64,000 nt of DNA from positions 434,001 to 498,000 of the forward strand of contig MU060486.1 in assembly GCA_013265495.1 (NCBI GenBank), written 5' to 3'. The notes beneath the pieces are model-generated. The model saw only the letters and a list, made by a program, of their open reading frames with translations, was not told the DNA's origin and ran no database searches. Of this stretch, positions 60,247 through 64,000 are shown one piece after another. The stretch's first letter is position 1. Every line of letters begins with the position of its first letter. This DNA is from Vicugna vicugna (taxonomy: Eukaryota). A program made the position numbers and the translations under genes.

Positions 60247-62015
60247 GTACCCTGGGGTGGGCTCCTCCTGCGGCTAGAGCCGTGCATGGGAAGAGGCTGA
60301 GCTGGAAGGAGAGAGCACGTCCTAGCCTTCTTAAGCCCGTCAGATCCGTGCTCTGCTCCACGGTGGGCAGGCTTTCTCCACCTGTTCCTGTCGGGACCTC
60401 AGAGAGAGACCCGGCTGAGCTTCCCCTTGGAGTAGTCAGAGAACTGAAGTCTTTTTGCTGCAAAGTCTGTTCCTCCACCGCCATCCTCTGTTGTCGGGCG
60501 GGCTGGGGGAGGGGTGGATTGGAGCAAAGGGCCGGTAAGCAGGTCAGCGAGTCCTTACTGACGCCTCCTGTAAGACAGTGTCGTAACTATGGAGGTTTCC
60601 TTTGGAAAATTGCTGTTTGGTGTTTTCCTCCACTCCCTCCTCTCACTAGATCTTTTTAGGCTAAATAAAGCCGGCTCCCTAGCATTTTCTCCCCTTCTCT
60701 CTCTTCTCTTGGCGCTGGTCCCATTTCTACACGTCTTTCTCCAGCTCCAGCCCCTGATGGGTCCCTCCCTCAGACGTGGTTCCCTCGGTTTGGGAAGAGG
60801 CTCTTAGTGAGTCAGCAGCGTCATGTTTCCTTAGGCGCTGCTCGCACAGAGACCCCCCGGGGCCGATTGGCAAGAGCTTGGCCAAGCAGCTGTGTGTGGG
60901 GCTCGCGGAGATACTAGGCAGCGGAGCCGGGTGGGCAGATGGGGAGGGCAGGCGAGAGAGCACGGGGGGGAGCGCAGTGTGACTTCTGTCTCGGGTATTA
61001 GGCACCGTGGGGCTGGTTTATTTTTTCTACACAAAGTACTTGCTGTAGGCAGCAGAACCGAGCATGCTTCCATCCTGGCTTCCCTCCAGGGAGGAGAGCT
61101 GCAGCCAAGGCCAGAACGGAGGACCAGAGCATTCTGTGGGCACCTCTTGTGAACTGCTCTGCCTTCAGCAGCTTTATGTCTGGTCTTTGAAAGGAAACAT
61201 CCGTAGTCGGAAGACTCCTCGTGGTGAACGGGGATGCAGCTACCTTAGCATTCCCTGTCTTTGAGTCTCCCGTTTCCAAAGGCTGAGCATGTGTTTTCTG
61301 CTCAACCAGTCAGCACGACGTGGATCATTTTAACCCACTGTTACCATTGACGTGGTGATGGATTCTGGCCAAATCTATCAGAACTTGTAGGCTTCCCCTC
61401 TGATGAACCTGAAGAGAGGCGCTTGCTAACACACTGTCTTAGTTGGGCCAGTTCAGCCTGGCTCTGTCACTCATGAGCCCCGCAGACTTGGCACACGGCA
61501 AGGCTCGCTCCTGCCTGGAGAACACAGACACTGTTTGACGCACCTGCCAGCTCCAGCACTGTTCCCGGGTGGCCGGGACATGCCAGTCTCCCCTGCAGAA
61601 GCCCCTGCCATAGTGTGATGACTTAGGATGGGCCTGGATTCTGAAGCAGGAACCCCTCCCCTGCAGAGTTTCCCTTCGGGGTCCTTGCTCTGTAGAGAGT
61701 GCAGGTGGGGGTCGGAATGGCCATGTGGACACTTAGGCTCTGACGGGCAGTGTCCACTCAGCAAGTTATGATGTTTTCATGGGGAGAGTGTGCTGGCTGG
61801 TTATGGGCAGACGGCACCAGATGAGCACAGATCGTCCCCGGAGCCATCGGCCCACAGGGATGAGGCACAGGTGGCGTTTCTTCCTCATGAGCCAGGCAGC
61901 GATGCCTTGGCTCCCGGGAGCCCCTCTTCTTCCTCTCCCTGCCATTCACACTTCTTCAGTGACAGGGCCTGAGCCTTCCAGATGCTGCTGCCTGGGGAGG
62001 GGTCAGCACAGGTAG

Positions 62016-62147
62016 ACGGGCTGGCTCGGCCAGTGTTGGCCGGAATCGTGGCCACCATCTGCTTCCTGGCCGCGGCCATCCTGTTCAGCACCCTGGCCGC
62101 GTGCTTTGTCAACAAGCAGCGCAAGCGGAAGCTCAAGCGCAAGAAAG
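62016..62147 (+). CDS. IGSF9B: IGSF9B exon 16 (transmembrane); 5' boundary uncertain and apparently truncated
   Basis: Reads DGLARPVLAGIVATICFLAAAILFSTLAACFVNKQRKRKLKRKK (TM helix plus polybasic stop-transfer); donor AAG|gtgggt. The expected upstream DIFPQPDLTE codons and acceptor are not present. The start given is the nearest in-frame AG (tag at 62013-62015). Confidence 0.85.
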
Positions 62148-62500
62148 GTGGGTGTCCGGCCGGCCCCCACCCCATGCAGCCCATCCCTTCCAGTGCCCCC
62201 ACACAATCTCCATCTGGAGAAATGCCCATTTTCCTCAGGGTCCCCTTGAAAATAGGGACACGGGGACCCTGTGAGCAGAGCTGCCAGTGGGACTTGCTTT
62301 GAAAGTGGAAGGAAGGGTGGTGGGGAGCCTGGAGGGACGGGACGGAGGGTGCAGGCGGCCCGCTGGAGGCACAGGGCCCTGCCCCCAGACGTGCTCACAC
62401 CGAGGGGGCTGCTTCCCTCGCGGCTGTGCCCCCGGCCCTGCTGACCCCGGGTGGCTGTGTCTTCGCGGCCTCAGCAGGCTCCCTCTGCTCCCTTCTCCAG

Positions 62501-62546
62501 ACCCTCCGCTCTCCATCACGCACTGCAGGAAGAGCCTGGAGTCTCC
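62501..62546 (+). CDS. IGSF9B: IGSF9B exon 17
   Basis: ctcccttctccag|AC CCT CCG...; DPPLSITHCRKSLESP; donor TCC|gtaagt; 46 nt. Confidence 0.95.
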
Positions 62547-63102
62547 GTAAGTGGCCCCGACCGGGAGGACAGGGCTGCTGTCCGGGGTGCATGGGTGGTG
62601 GTGGGAGGCCTCGCTCGGCCTCGTGCCGTGTTTCTGAGCTGTTTCCTCTTAACTCGTGTGCATGGTGGTCTTACGTTGTCCACACAGTGGAGGCAGCCGC
62701 AGGGCGGACGATCCAAAAGAGTGGATGAACGTCTCTTTAGCGTTGGGATGTATTTCGGTGACGCTTCCATCCTAACAGATTTGACGGAATGTATTTTGCT
62801 TAAGTTAATATTAAAACAAGCTTGCATTTATTGGGCAACCTGGGACTGAGGCTGCAGGTGTGACTAGAGGGAGGTGGCAAATGGTACAGCCGGCAGAACC
62901 AGTGGAGAGAAATGGGCGTCCATTCAGAAAAAGGGCAGCGTCCAGACAGTGGAAAGTGGGCCAGAGCATTTCTCCAGAGCCCTGTGGCCCCTGTGCCCCT
63001 CCTCTGCTGCCCTCCTCGTGCTTGTGGGGCTGTCCGAAGGGGTACAGAAAGAAGCAGTGCCCCGTGTCCCCCTCATGCCCCTGCTCTCTTCCTGTCCCCC
63101 AG

Positions 63103-64000
63103 CTTGTCCTCCGGCAAGGTCAGCCCCGAGAGCACCCGCACACTCCGGGCCCCGTCCGAGTCCTCCGATGACCAGGGCCAGCCGGCGGCCAAGAGGATGC
63201 TCAGCCCCGCGCGCGAAAAGGAGCTGTCCTTGTACAAGAAAACAAAGAGGGCCATTGGCAGCAGGAAGTACAGTGTGGCCAAGGCTGAGGCCGAGGCCGA
63301 GGCCACCACGCCCATCGAGCTCATCAGCAGGGGCCCTGACGGCCGCTTTGTGATGGACCCCTCGGAGATGGAGCCCTCCGCCAAGACCCGGCGCATCGAG
63401 GGCTTCCCCTTTGCGGAGGAGACCGACATGTACCCCGAGTTCCGCCAGTCGGATGAGGAGAACGATGACCCGCTGGTGCCTGCCTCTGTGGCCGCCCTCA
63501 AGTCCCAGCTGACCCCCCTGTCGTCCAGCCAGGAATCCTACCTGCCACCACCAGCATACAGCCCTCGGTTCCAGCCTCGTGGCCTGGAGGGCCCTGGTGG
63601 CCTGGAGGGCCGGCTGCAGGCCACCGGCCAAGCCAGGCCGCCCGCCCCGCGGCCCTTCCACCACGGCCAGTATTATGGGTACCTCAGCAGCAGCAGCCCT
63701 GGGGAGGTGGAGCCGCCCCCCTTCTACATGCCAGAGGTGGGCAGCCCCCTGAGCTCCGTCATGTCCTCCCCGCCCCTGCACGCCGAGGGGCCTTTTGGCC
63801 ACCCCACCATCCCTGAGGAGAACGGGGAGAACGCTTCCAACAGCACGCTGCCCTTGACTCAGACGCCCACGGGCGGGCGCTCCCCGGAGCCCTGGGGCCG
63901 GCCGGAGTTCCCCTTCGGGGGCCTGGAGACCCCGGCCATGATGTTTCCCCACCAGCTGCACCCCTGCGACGTGCCTGAGGGTCTGCAGCCCGCGGCCGGC
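63103..64000 (+). CDS. IGSF9B: IGSF9B exon 18 (cytoplasmic tail; continues beyond window)
   Basis: cttcctgtcccccag|C TTG TCC...; open to the window end: LSSGKVSPESTRTLRAPSESSDDQGQPAAKRMLSPAREKELSLYKKTKRAIGSRKYSVAKAEAEAEATTPIELISRGPDGRFVMD...FPHQLHPCDVPEGLQPAAG. It is absent from the ORF track, presumably because no stop is reached. Confidence 0.96.

Noticed and set aside
62084-62092. TTCAGCACC RE1 left half-site in exon 16
   Set aside because: No right half; explained by the codons for F-S-T.
62924-63961. 345-aa minus-strand ORF
   Set aside because: Antisense shadow of GC-rich IGSF9B exon 18.

Overview
GC- and CpG-rich mammalian (probably laurasiatherian) genomic window with one 204-nt N gap. 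Positions ~1-33,700 are intergenic DNA with ancient decayed repeats (MIR, L2, three MLT2-type and two MLT1-type LTRs, L1 3' ends) and TG/CA-rich arrays. From ~33,750 comes the CpG-island promoter and coding exons 1-18 of IGSF9B on the + strand: signal peptide, 5 Ig domains, 2 FN3 domains, transmembrane helix and the start of the cytoplasmic tail. Exon 18 runs off the window end. Exons 1-15, 17 and the visible part of 18 have GT-AG sites and splice in one open frame. The main anomaly is the transmembrane exon (16): its normal acceptor and first ~10 conserved codons (DIFPQPDLTE in human, from recall) are absent, leaving only weak in-frame or strong out-of-frame acceptors. Other notable signals: an 18/21 REST/RE1 match 9 kb upstream, two uORFs, a perfect 18-bp-arm palindrome in intron 1, recursive-splice-like junctions at exons 5 and 11, a tandem donor adding YGPL at exon 12, strong CTCF motifs and candidate enhancers. 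No novel protein-coding system was found; almost all other ORFs in the track are GC or low-complexity artefacts. Repeat family names and comparisons to human IGSF9B are from memory, not from a database search.
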